This document shows, in pieces, positions 1 to 8,386 of a DNA stretch of 64,000 bases. The notes beneath the pieces are model-generated. The model did no database searches. It saw nothing but the letters and a program-made list of their open reading frames with translations, and was not told the DNA's origin. A program made the position numbers and the translations under genes. Every line of letters starts with the position of its first letter. The stretch's first letter is position 1. Origin of the DNA: an uncultured virus (IMG/VR IMGVR_UViG_3300023109_000008). Lineage: Duplodnaviria > Heunggongvirae > Uroviricota > Caudoviricetes. The stretch lies in the IMG/VR virus record IMGVR_UViG_3300023109_000008. One strand, given 5' to 3'.

Positions 1-1
1 G

Positions 2-1141
2 TACTACAACAAACGTTCTCTGATTAAGAAAGAGATGTTGAAGGTGGAACAGGCTCTGGAAGACGAGACAGATCCACGTAAGAAAGCAAAACTAAAATCC
101 AAGGCAACCCAACTTCACAATGCACAGATGTCTATCAAGATTTCTATGAACTCATTGTATGGTGCGACTGCGAACATCTACTTCCTGTATTACATTATGG
201 AATTCGCAGAGGCGATTACCACCTCTGGTCAATTGTCCATTCGTTATGCACAGAAGTCTGTGAATGGGTACTTGAACAAACTATTGAAGACAGAAGGTGA
301 AGACTATATCGTGTATATCGATACTGACTCCATCTATGTAAACTTTGGCCCACTGATCGAAGAAGTATTCGGGACTGTTGACATTACAAGAGAACAAGGC
401 GAGAAGTTCCTTGATCAGGTGTGTGGTACAAAGATTGAAGGCGTCCTTGAGAAAGGATATGAGGAACTCGCTAAAAAGATGGGTGCATACCGTCAAGCGA
501 TGTTCATGAAACGTGAGAAGATCACAGACAAGTCAGTGTTTATTGCGAAGAAACGTTACATTATGAATACACTGAACTCTGAGGGTGTCCACTACGAAAC
601 TCCCAAGATCAGTGTTACTGGTCTGGAATCCGTACGGTCATCTACTCCTCAGATCTGTCGTGAAAAACTCAAGGACGCTTTCAAAGTTATTATGGAAGGT
701 ACTGAAGAAGACACACAAGAATTTATTGCAAAGTTCAAAGACGAGTTTACGTCTCTACCCCCAGAAGATATCGCCAAGAACTCTGGTACTGACAACATTG
801 AGAAGTACATGGAGAAGGGTGGATACAAGAAGGGTTGTCCTATGCATGTTCGTGGGTGTATTCTCTTCAATCAGTTTCTGAAGACTAAGAAGTTGGACAA
901 GAAGTTTGAAGGGATTCAGTCTGGTGACAAGATCAAGTTCCTATATCTCAAACAACCAAACCCTGTAAAAGAGAATATGATCTCATTCCCAGGCGTCCTA
1001 CCAAAAGAGTTCGGACTGGATGATTACATCGATTACCAGAAACAGTTCGAGAAGGTCTTTCTTGGCCCTATCGAACCAATCTTAGAGGCGCTCGGGTGGG
1101 CACCAGAAAAAGTAAACACATTAGAGGATTTCTTTGTATGA
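2..1141 (+). CDS. gp43: Family B DNA polymerase (T4 gp43-like), C-terminal part; 5' end lies outside the window
   Basis: PolB motifs KISMNSLYG, YIDTDS and KKRY; the frame is open back to the window start; C-terminal LEDFF clamp-binding-type tail. Confidence 0.97.
   Translation, partial: YYNKRSLIKKEMLKVEQALEDETDPRKKAKLKSKATQLHNAQMSIKISMNSLYGATANIYFLYYIMEFAEAITTSGQLSIRYAQKSVNGYLNKLLKTEGEDYIVYIDTDSIYVNFGPLIEEVFGTVDITREQGEKFLDQVCGTKIEGVLEKGYEELAKKMGAYRQAMFMKREKITDKSVFIAKKRYIMNTLNSEGVHYETPKISVTGLESVRSSTPQICREKLKDAFKVIMEGTEEDTQEFIAKFKDEFTSLPPEDIAKNSGTDNIEKYMEKGGYKKGCPMHVRGCILFNQFLKTKKLDKKFEGIQSGDKIKFLYLKQPNPVKENMISFPGVLPKEFGLDDYIDYQKQFEKVFLGPIEPILEALGWAPEKVNTLEDFFV
1121..1141 (+). repeat. 21-bp direct repeat, copy 1 (TTAGAGGATTTCTTTGTATGA)
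   Basis: Identical to 1516-1536; encodes LEDFFV* and contains an SD-like GAGGA plus an overlapping ATGA. Confidence 0.95.
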
Positions 1142-1536
1142 TGGACAGTATAGTAGAACAGTCTTTTACCAAAGAAGAGATTGGGACATACAAAAGAATT
1201 CGTTCGCTCCAACAAAACATTGGACGACTGTTAGAAGATTATATCAATTCTAAAATGTCGGATAATGTTTACTTTGTTGGTAGGGATAGAGACAGACCAG
1301 AAGGTGTTGACTATGTTGTCGATGGTGTCTTCTGGTCTGTAAAAAATGCATGGAATACTGACAACCATTCCATGAAAAAATATCGGGAAGACCGAAATAT
1401 TAAACACTGGTATCGATTGAATAAAAATGGATCCACTAATTGGGATACACTTTTTGTTAAGGACGTTTCAGAAAGTGGGTTTTTAGAATTCGTAACTGGT
1501 CAAAAACAACCGTCTTTAGAGGATTTCTTTGTATGA
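1138..1536 (+). CDS. SinI-like (PD-(D/E)XK) restriction endonuclease-like protein with a C-terminal LEDFFV tail
   Basis: Motifs IGRLLEDYI, GVDY, SVKNAWNTDN, IKHWYR, TNW and SESGFLEFV follow the RE_SinI family pattern as I recall it; ATG overlaps the gp43 stop. Confidence 0.65.
   Translation: MMDSIVEQSFTKEEIGTYKRIRSLQQNIGRLLEDYINSKMSDNVYFVGRDRDRPEGVDYVVDGVFWSVKNAWNTDNHSMKKYREDRNIKHWYRLNKNGSTNWDTLFVKDVSESGFLEFVTGQKQPSLEDFFV
1516..1536 (+). repeat. 21-bp direct repeat, copy 2
   Basis: Identical to 1121-1141. Confidence 0.95.
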
Positions 1537-1712
1537 ACGATAAGATAGAACGCCGATTGAAACATCTTGAAGATGCACACAAACATCAACATGCCATCGT
1601 AGAAGCGTTGATTGGTGAGAAAGCACCAGATCAACACATCAGTAAGGCAAAGAAAGAAAAACTTAGAATTAAAGATATGATAACAACTTTGAAGGAGACT
1701 GTCAATGTATGA
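1533..1712 (+). CDS. Small DUF465/YdcH-like coiled-coil protein (59 aa, not in the ORF track)
   Basis: Manual translation MNDKIERRLKHLEDAH...SKAKKEKLRIKDMI; KKxKLxxKD motif; ATGA overlap with the upstream stop. Confidence 0.65.
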   Translation: MNDKIERRLKHLEDAHKHQHAIVEALIGEKAPDQHISKAKKEKLRIKDMITTLKETVNV

Positions 1713-1998
1713 TTTTGACTTACTAAAGGAACAACTTGCAACTGAAGTTGTTGATATTGAATTTGTGAAAGCAGATGGTACGGTGCGCCAGATGAAAGCG
1801 ACACTGGATCCGTCCGTTCTCCCAACACCAGTGGCAACTGATGAAGAGATCAATCGTAATCGCAAAAAGAGTGAGGAAGTCGTTGTCGTTTGGGATGTTG
1901 AGTCCAATGGTTGGCGCAGTTTCCGTAAGGATCGACTTCGTTCGGTTAACTCACAATATATCATGACAACGAAAGGTGTATATAATGTCACTGTTTGA
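1705..1998 (+). CDS. SH3/WYL_2-like (DUF2693-like) beta-barrel protein
   Basis: FVKADGTVRQMKATL...VWDVESNGWRSFR pattern common in T4-like phages; AAGGAG SD. Confidence 0.7.
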   Translation: MYDFDLLKEQLATEVVDIEFVKADGTVRQMKATLDPSVLPTPVATDEEINRNRKKSEEVVVVWDVESNGWRSFRKDRLRSVNSQYIMTTKGVYNVTV

Positions 1999-2341
1999 TG
2001 ATATCAATAAGTTTGGTAATGCGTGTGACCAAGAACCGTCACCAGAAAACTATGCACTGTATCTTGATCTAATCGAAGAAGAATTCGGTGAACTTAAAGA
2101 CGCAGTGATGTTAGAAGATAGGGTTGAACAACTAGATGCATTGATTGACATTCTTGTTGTAACTATTGGTGCAATTCGTGCAGCTGGTATGGATGGACAA
2201 GGTGCGTGGGATGAAGTTATGAAAACAAATTTTGCGAAGATTGATCCAGATACTGGTAAGGTTCGCAAACGTGAAGATGGAAAAGTTCTAAAACCAGAAG
2301 GGTGGGAACCACCAAGGCTTGACAAATTCTTAGGAGAGTGA
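1985..2341 (+). CDS. MazG-like NTP pyrophosphohydrolase (PRA-PH-like)
   Basis: EEEFGE...LDALIDILVV, EVMKTNFAK and REDGKVLKPEGW. Confidence 0.85.
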   Translation: MSLFDDINKFGNACDQEPSPENYALYLDLIEEEFGELKDAVMLEDRVEQLDALIDILVVTIGAIRAAGMDGQGAWDEVMKTNFAKIDPDTGKVRKREDGKVLKPEGWEPPRLDKFLGE

Positions 2342-2347
2342 TATAAT
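2319..2347 (+). promoter_or_regulatory. Sigma70-type (early) promoter
   Basis: Perfect TTGACA-N17-TATAAT. Confidence 0.75.
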
Positions 2348-2606
2348 GGGTAATGATAAAATTTCAGAGCGTGATGAACTGATGGTTATTCTTATGGAAG
2401 AATGTTCAGAGGTTGCAATCGAAGCTGCAAAGATGATCCGATTTGGATATGACAACAATCAGAAGTTGGAGTCAGAAGTCGGTGATCTTATGTGTATGTT
2501 GAACTTACTACACGAATGGGATTTGATTAGTTGGAATAATGTGGATGCATGTGCAGACGCAAAACGTGAGAAACTTAAAAAATGGAGCAACTTGACTCTT
2601 GACTAA
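2346..2606 (+). CDS. Small MazG-like pyrophosphatase domain protein
   Basis: LMEECSEV...K..RFG...LESEVGDL (EExxE/ExxD pattern). Confidence 0.7.
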   Translation: MGNDKISERDELMVILMEECSEVAIEAAKMIRFGYDNNQKLESEVGDLMCMLNLLHEWDLISWNNVDACADAKREKLKKWSNLTLD

Positions 2607-3705
2607 CAATCTAAACAATGATCAGGCATTGCACTGTGCAAACATCTTCAATAATTACTTTGGTCAGTTCGATAGAATTGATGAGTACATGCGTGATCAG
2701 AAGATGGCACAGATTCGTTCACTACCTCAAACTTTGCCTGGCTTTGGTTTTGATACAGACATGTTTGATGACTTCTCCATTTCCCCACAGGACATGGATC
2801 TAGAGGTCATCGAACTTGACAATATGACTTGGGATACCTGTTTGAATATGATTAGTAGTCATAGTAATATGGTTTCAATCCCAGGCAAGGCCCTTAAACT
2901 GGCAGTGCGTGAGAAAAACACTGGACAGTTTGTGGGGTTCATGCGATTTGGTTCGCCAGTGATCAACTGTGCGCCTCGCAATCAACTCCTTGGTAACGTA
3001 CCAGAACTGTCTACGTTTAACAGAACTGCGATTATGGGATTTGTTATTGTCCCATGTCAACCATTTGGTTACAACTACCTTGGTGGTAAACTACTGGCAT
3101 CATTGTGTTGTTCACACGAAGTCAGAGAAAAACTCAACAAGAAATACGGTATGAACCTCGTAATGTTCGAAACCACATCCTTGTATGGAAATACAAAAGG
3201 TGCGTCGATGTACGATGGTATGAAACCATTACTGCGTTACAAAGGTAACACAATGTCAGACTTCATTCCTATGATGCATGGTAAACCATTCTTGGATTTA
3301 GTTGCATATGTGGAAAACATTGTTGGTAGAGGTGTGCTTGTAAAAGAGGGTGCTTCAAGTCGTAAGTTGAAATACACAAATGCGATTATTGGTTTGATAA
3401 AGAAATCACTGAAAGGTGATGAACTCAACAGGTTCAAGAAAACTATTGAAGATGCCAAGGCATTGACAGAACAGAAACGTTACTATGTCTCAAACTACGG
3501 TGTAGAAAACTTTGTTGACATTGTAAACGGTAAGACTGATCAAATTGTTAAGGCTCCAAACTGGGATAAATACTATCAGAAAAATGTGATCGAATGGTGG
3601 CGTAAACTCGCAACCAAAAGATACAATAAACTAAACGAAGAGGATCGTCTAAGAAACGATCTGGAAATTTGGACTGAAGATAGTAATATCGATATTATCA
3701 GATAA
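2599..3705 (+). CDS. DUF4338 / Druantia DruA-like protein
   Basis: PFGYNYLGGKLLASLC..S.EV, FETTSLYG and S.YD motifs. Confidence 0.6.
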   Translation: MTNNLNNDQALHCANIFNNYFGQFDRIDEYMRDQKMAQIRSLPQTLPGFGFDTDMFDDFSISPQDMDLEVIELDNMTWDTCLNMISSHSNMVSIPGKALKLAVREKNTGQFVGFMRFGSPVINCAPRNQLLGNVPELSTFNRTAIMGFVIVPCQPFGYNYLGGKLLASLCCSHEVREKLNKKYGMNLVMFETTSLYGNTKGASMYDGMKPLLRYKGNTMSDFIPMMHGKPFLDLVAYVENIVGRGVLVKEGASSRKLKYTNAIIGLIKKSLKGDELNRFKKTIEDAKALTEQKRYYVSNYGVENFVDIVNGKTDQIVKAPNWDKYYQKNVIEWWRKLATKRYNKLNEEDRLRNDLEIWTEDSNIDIIR

Positions 3706-3715
3706 TGGAGTTGAG

Positions 3716-4489
3716 ATGGTCAATACAGTTTGTGTACTAACGAACTTTCGTGCAGGTAGTACTGCTTTCACCCTTTTAAAATCAAAAGAATATGATCTTC
3801 CTTACATGGGAGAATTATTCAGTCACGAACGTCCTTGGGAGTATGGTGGACATTTAGCATTTTGGCAAGAACTAGAGATGGGACGTGATGATCCAGACAA
3901 TCCCCTCATCCCTACTTTTGTACAGGGACGCCCATTTCGTGAGGACTATATCAAGGCCTTGAAGAATGGGGAACAGACATGTTTTAAGTTGATGCCTGAT
4001 CATGTCATCGAACCTTGGAGACGTAAACCTTGGCCGCATGGAGAGGTTGATTTAGAAATTGTTAAGTCTGTAGATAAGGTAATCTTACTCTATCGTCGTG
4101 ACTGGAAGGCGCAGGTCTTGTCTTGGGTTGCACTAAGAACTAACGGTGAGTTTGGTAGGAATGGTCTAAGACATAGTCGTAAGAGTGGTAATCCTCGACT
4201 GGTTGATTTTCATTGGAACATGCATGTCGCAGAAGATTACTATGATGAAGCGGTAGTGAGAACGTTGGATGTGGAACCAGAAAGTCAATATGTTGAAAAC
4301 CTTGCAGGTCAGTTGAAACTGAACTATCTAAGGATGGCAGAATTACACAAACAACTTGATAATGTTGAGGTGGTGTGCATGGAAGACTTCTTTGCAACAC
4401 AACCCTATAAGAAATATAACCATGTGTTCGACTGGAAGAAGGGCGAACCTGTAGTAGAAGATTTTGATGTGGAAGGTTTATTTACATGA
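3716..4489 (+). CDS. Sulfotransferase-like protein (Stf0-like fold)
   Basis: N-terminal FRAGSTAF (PAPS loop-like), GELF, FKLMP and ILLYRRDWKAQVLSW. Confidence 0.6.
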   Translation: MVNTVCVLTNFRAGSTAFTLLKSKEYDLPYMGELFSHERPWEYGGHLAFWQELEMGRDDPDNPLIPTFVQGRPFREDYIKALKNGEQTCFKLMPDHVIEPWRRKPWPHGEVDLEIVKSVDKVILLYRRDWKAQVLSWVALRTNGEFGRNGLRHSRKSGNPRLVDFHWNMHVAEDYYDEAVVRTLDVEPESQYVENLAGQLKLNYLRMAELHKQLDNVEVVCMEDFFATQPYKKYNHVFDWKKGEPVVEDFDVEGLFT

Positions 4490-4740
4490 ATGTAGTGAAA
4501 GTACAACTTGATGATGTGGCATTTAAAGCAGAACATGCACAAGAACAGTATGGAATTTATGACGCCCAACCAGCGGTGTTTATGATAGAAAAGTTGAACG
4601 ATTGGAAACAAGATGGTCATAAAATTATTATAGAAACAAATCGTGACATCAACACAGACATGGATGTAACCTTAGAATGGTTGAAACATTATGAAGTTCC
4701 ATATGATGAACTTCAGTGGTCTCTGCATCGTTACAAATAA
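4486..4740 (+). CDS. Degenerate HAD-like (capsule-biosynthesis-type) phosphatase
   Basis: GHKIIIETNR...TLEWLKHYEVPYDEL; the DxD motif is poorly conserved. Confidence 0.5.
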   Translation: MNVVKVQLDDVAFKAEHAQEQYGIYDAQPAVFMIEKLNDWKQDGHKIIIETNRDINTDMDVTLEWLKHYEVPYDELQWSLHRYK

Positions 4741-4765
4741 AAAACGTTTTTATTTCGAAAAGGGC

Positions 4766-4794
4766 TTGACATTTCGTTGTAGATGTATTATATT
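4766..4794 (+). promoter_or_regulatory. Sigma70-type (early) promoter
   Basis: TTGACA-N17-TATATT in an intergenic region, with an AT-rich upstream tract. Confidence 0.75.
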
Positions 4795-4822
4795 GTATCT
4801 GTAACTAATGAGAGATTATATT

Positions 4823-6178
4823 ATGAATTACTTCCGTCAAATGTCCTACAAAGATGCGGTCTTCACAATGAATGCTTATCGTGATCAAATCGGTAAGTTC
4901 CAAGAAGCAGACCTTGCATTCCAAGCAAACAAGTATTCTCGTTGGGAATGGTGGCAGAAGTCTGCATACATTGGTTCTGTCATCTTAGGTAAAGCACCTT
5001 CCAAGTTTATCTTTGCAGACGCAGACGAATGTCTTGCAGCTGCAGTTGAACGTGGTGACAAGGGCGATATCAAATACTTCCAAGAGAAAGTAGATCGTGG
5101 TATCAAGTATATCAACGTCGACTCTAACAACCGTAACAATGTTATCGTAGATTTCATGAACAACAAGATACGTCTTGTTCATGGTAAGTATGATATCCAA
5201 GGTGCAACTGTGGCGGTTGATGAAGATAACGATACTTACGAGACTCTTGATCCTGTACTTGCAGATGCATTCCACGAAGCTATCGTTACCATCTCTGTTT
5301 ATACAGATGCGACACGTGAAGAACTATCTGAATTGTTCCGTAATGTGAACGATGGTAAACCTTTGACGCACCCTGAGATTCTTAACTCTTACACCACTAC
5401 AGTTGCGAATACTGTACGTGAACTGGCAGACAAACATGGTGATTACTTTGTAACACAAGGCAAGTGGTTTTCAAACTCCAACATCAATCGTCGTGGTATT
5501 GATCAGTTCATTGCAAACTTGGCATTCCTATTTTGTTATGATATCAAGAAATCTATTTCCAAAACAAATATGGAAAACTTCTATCGTGATGGTTCTGATG
5601 GTGAAGTTCAGATCAACAAATTCCGTACAACATTCAATGCCTTCATGAAAGATGTGATGTCTGAGGATGCATATGCAATTGCAAATCGTAACTCAGTCTT
5701 TGACTTGTTTGTTATCTACTGTGCAATGAAAGACAAGAAAATGAAGATTGATGACAATCGTTCATTCCTTCAACAGTACATGACTGCAGTTGTTACACTT
5801 CTAACAAATGGTCAATATTACGAACACGATGATTTCAAAGATCCAAAATCGTTTGGCACGATGGTTGGTGGATTACAGAAGACAAATAACGTCCTTCGTA
5901 ACCAACTGATCATGGAAGTGTTCGACATCGATTCTGTCACAACAAAGTTAGACAAGAAACGTACATACAGTACACAAGACAAAATGGTTCTTGCAGTTAA
6001 CTCTGGTTTCATGACGCCTGAAGGTAAAGAGATAGAAATGTCTGAGTTGCATACGAATAAATACCACGGTGGACATGTTGATCCACACAAGGATGGTGGA
6101 GAGACTACCATCGAAAATGGCGTGATTCAAACTGCAGAAGATAATCTGAAGTTGGGCGGCAACCCTTTAAAAGTATAA
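4823..6178 (+). CDS. DUF262 (GmrSD/ParB-like) plus C-terminal HNH endonuclease protein; alternative start at 4808
   Basis: FQ...RW, VDSNNR (DGQQR-like), LFRNVNDGKPL and C-terminal GHVDPHKDGGETTIENG. Confidence 0.7.
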   Translation: MNYFRQMSYKDAVFTMNAYRDQIGKFQEADLAFQANKYSRWEWWQKSAYIGSVILGKAPSKFIFADADECLAAAVERGDKGDIKYFQEKVDRGIKYINVDSNNRNNVIVDFMNNKIRLVHGKYDIQGATVAVDEDNDTYETLDPVLADAFHEAIVTISVYTDATREELSELFRNVNDGKPLTHPEILNSYTTTVANTVRELADKHGDYFVTQGKWFSNSNINRRGIDQFIANLAFLFCYDIKKSISKTNMENFYRDGSDGEVQINKFRTTFNAFMKDVMSEDAYAIANRNSVFDLFVIYCAMKDKKMKIDDNRSFLQQYMTAVVTLLTNGQYYEHDDFKDPKSFGTMVGGLQKTNNVLRNQLIMEVFDIDSVTTKLDKKRTYSTQDKMVLAVNSGFMTPEGKEIEMSELHTNKYHGGHVDPHKDGGETTIENGVIQTAEDNLKLGGNPLKV

Positions 6179-6188
6179 TGGAGATATA

Positions 6189-7061
6189 ATGGACATTAAA
6201 ATTACAACAGAACAACTAAAGGGATATTCGATTTTTGTCGGAACCCCCATGTACGGTGGAAACTGTTCTGGACTTTTCACAAAATCTTGTAACGATCTGG
6301 CGATGTTGTGTACCCAAGCAGGTATACCAATTCGTTTTTACTATCTCTTCAACGAGAGTTTGGTACAACGTGCACGTAACTATGTCGTAGACGAATTCCT
6401 TCGATCTGAATGTTCTCACTTGATGTTCATTGACTCTGATATCCACTTCAATGCAAAAGATGTACTTGCGTTGCTTGGTCTTGCGGTACATGATAAAGAA
6501 AAGTATCACATCATGACTGGCCCCTATCCCAAGAAAACTATTGCGTGGGAAAAGGTTGCAGAAGCTGCACGACAAGGTAAGGGTGAAGAAAACCCATTCC
6601 AGTTGGAGAACTACACATCAGACTTCGTATTCAACCCAGTGCAGGGAATGAAAGGTCAATTCAAATTGAGTGAACCAATCGAAGTATCTGAAGCAGGTAC
6701 TGGATTCATGTTGATTCCACGTGAGGTTCTTGAGAAGTACCGTGATACATATCCAGAATATAGTTACAAACCAGATCATGTACGTACTGAGAACTTTGAC
6801 GGTGAACGTAATATCACTGCCTTCTTTGACTGCATCATTGATCCTGTATCAAGACGTTATTTGTCGGAAGATTATTTCTTCTGTCAACAGGCACGTAAAG
6901 CAGATCTTCGTGTATGGATGTGTCCTTGGATGCAACTAAACCACATTGGTATGCATATCTTCAAGGGTAACATGGGTGCAATCGGATCTCTTGGTGTATC
7001 TGCCACAGCAGACGCAAGATCTCGCCCAAAGAACTATAAAAAGAAATCGAAAAGAAAATAG
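6189..7061 (+). CDS. GT-A fold glycosyltransferase-like protein
   Basis: IFVGTPMYGG, NESLVQRARN, HLMFIDSDI (DxD), GTGFMLI and YLSEDYFFC. Confidence 0.8.
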   Translation: MDIKITTEQLKGYSIFVGTPMYGGNCSGLFTKSCNDLAMLCTQAGIPIRFYYLFNESLVQRARNYVVDEFLRSECSHLMFIDSDIHFNAKDVLALLGLAVHDKEKYHIMTGPYPKKTIAWEKVAEAARQGKGEENPFQLENYTSDFVFNPVQGMKGQFKLSEPIEVSEAGTGFMLIPREVLEKYRDTYPEYSYKPDHVRTENFDGERNITAFFDCIIDPVSRRYLSEDYFFCQQARKADLRVWMCPWMQLNHIGMHIFKGNMGAIGSLGVSATADARSRPKNYKKKSKRK

Positions 7062-7090
7062 TTGCCAATGAGTGAAGAACAGCGTATAAT
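7062..7090 (+). promoter_or_regulatory. Possible sigma70-type promoter
   Basis: TTGCCA-N17-TATAAT. Confidence 0.5.
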
Positions 7091-7325
7091 CCTTATTAGT
7101 GATTTCATCGAACAGAAATTACGTAAAGAACAAGAATTAGAATTCTACCTCAAACAAATCGAGAAACTCGAAACTAAAATCGGGTTTCTGAGGCGAGAGG
7201 TGGATTTAACGAATACGATCATAGGTATGATTAAGGGTGATATGGTTTACGACATCAAAGAAGGGATGATCCAAAACGATAACACCAAACTGTTAAATGA
7301 AAAAGACAATGGAGAAAAGAAATGA
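7068..7325 (+). CDS. Hypothetical coiled-coil protein
   Basis: ORF tiles between its neighbours with an ATGA overlap. Confidence 0.6.
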   Translation: MSEEQRIILISDFIEQKLRKEQELEFYLKQIEKLETKIGFLRREVDLTNTIIGMIKGDMVYDIKEGMIQNDNTKLLNEKDNGEKK

Positions 7326-7789
7326 AACATTTCTGTCTAGCAACCGCCCTAACATTATGTGCAACAACTGCATTTGCAAACGATTCGATGTATGCAGTTA
7401 AAGTTAAAGGATCAGTGGTTGACCACTATCGCACAGTTACAGAAAGTATCCCCACTACCGTACGAAGATGTATGGATGTAGATGTTCCTATCTACGGGCG
7501 TACGGGCGGGGGCGCATCCGCAGGCGATGTCCTTGGTGGTTTGATTATCGGTGGTATCCTTGGTAAAGGTGTATCTGGTAATGATCAAGGTGCAGCTGCA
7601 GGTGCAGTTCTTGGTGGCATGATCGCTGCAGATAACAAACGAGGAAAAGATCAGATCGTTGGTTACAAACAAGAAACTCGTTGTCGTAATGAAACCACGT
7701 ATGATAACACAACTAAAGAAGTTTATTCTCATTCTATAATTACCTTTTCTGAAAAGGGTAAGAAGTATAAAGTTCGTTTTGTGAAGTGA
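7322..7789 (+). CDS. Secreted glycine-zipper 2TM protein
   Basis: Signal peptide ending AFA; GGLIIGGILG...AAAGAVLGGMI glycine zipper. Confidence 0.75.
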   Translation: MKHFCLATALTLCATTAFANDSMYAVKVKGSVVDHYRTVTESIPTTVRRCMDVDVPIYGRTGGGASAGDVLGGLIIGGILGKGVSGNDQGAAAGAVLGGMIAADNKRGKDQIVGYKQETRCRNETTYDNTTKEVYSHSIITFSEKGKKYKVRFVK

Positions 7790-7980
7790 GACGTAGATCG
7801 ATTCATCCAATGGGGGAAGTTCTTTCCCCTGCGAACCCTCTGAAGTACTTACAGGTACGCATAAAAATGTTACGTGATGAACGTGAGAAAAACGATGATG
7901 AAACTGCTCACATGATATTGGATAAATGTATAGACGAGTTATACGTAGTCTATGAATTACTGAAAAGGCAGGTAAGATGA
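7786..7980 (+). CDS. Hypothetical protein
   Basis: ORF with overlapping start and stop on both sides. Confidence 0.55.
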   Translation: MRRRSIHPMGEVLSPANPLKYLQVRIKMLRDEREKNDDETAHMILDKCIDELYVVYELLKRQVR

Positions 7981-8384
7981 AAGTGGGTTTTACTGCATCT
8001 GCATTTGATTTGCTTCACGCTGGACACGTTCAGATGTTACGTGAAGCAAAGGATCAATGCGACTATTTGATATGTGGACTTCAGATTGATCCTATGATTG
8101 ATCGTCCGTCCAAGAACTCTCCCATCCAAACCGTTGTTGAGAGATACACGCAACTAAAAGCAATTAGTTACGTAGATGAGATCATTCCGTACTTGACAGA
8201 GGCGGACTTAGATGATATACTGTCCATGTATCAAATCGACGTAAGAATCCTAGGCGTAGAATACAAAGAGAAAAACTTTACTGGTTATGAAACTTGTAAG
8301 AAACGTGGGATCGAATTGTACTACAATAAACGTGACCATAGATTCTCTTCGTCCGATTTACGTAAAAGAGTATGTGAGAGGTAA
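7977..8384 (+). CDS. Cytidylyltransferase (glycerol-3-phosphate cytidylyltransferase/TagD-like)
   Basis: FDLLHAGH (HxGH), YVDEIIPY and SSSDLR. Confidence 0.85.
   Translation: MKVGFTASAFDLLHAGHVQMLREAKDQCDYLICGLQIDPMIDRPSKNSPIQTVVERYTQLKAISYVDEIIPYLTEADLDDILSMYQIDVRILGVEYKEKNFTGYETCKKRGIELYYNKRDHRFSSSDLRKRVCER
8193..8221 (+). promoter_or_regulatory. Possible intragenic sigma70-type promoter
   Basis: TTGACA-N17-TATACT. Confidence 0.5.
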
Positions 8385-8386
8385 AC

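Noticed and set aside
1096..1137. Upstream extension of the nuclease ORF in the ORF track
   Set aside because: Lies inside gp43; the ATG at 1138 has an SD and stop-start coupling
2..1141. Intron or intein in the DNA polymerase
   Set aside because: Visible part is continuous with normal motif spacing
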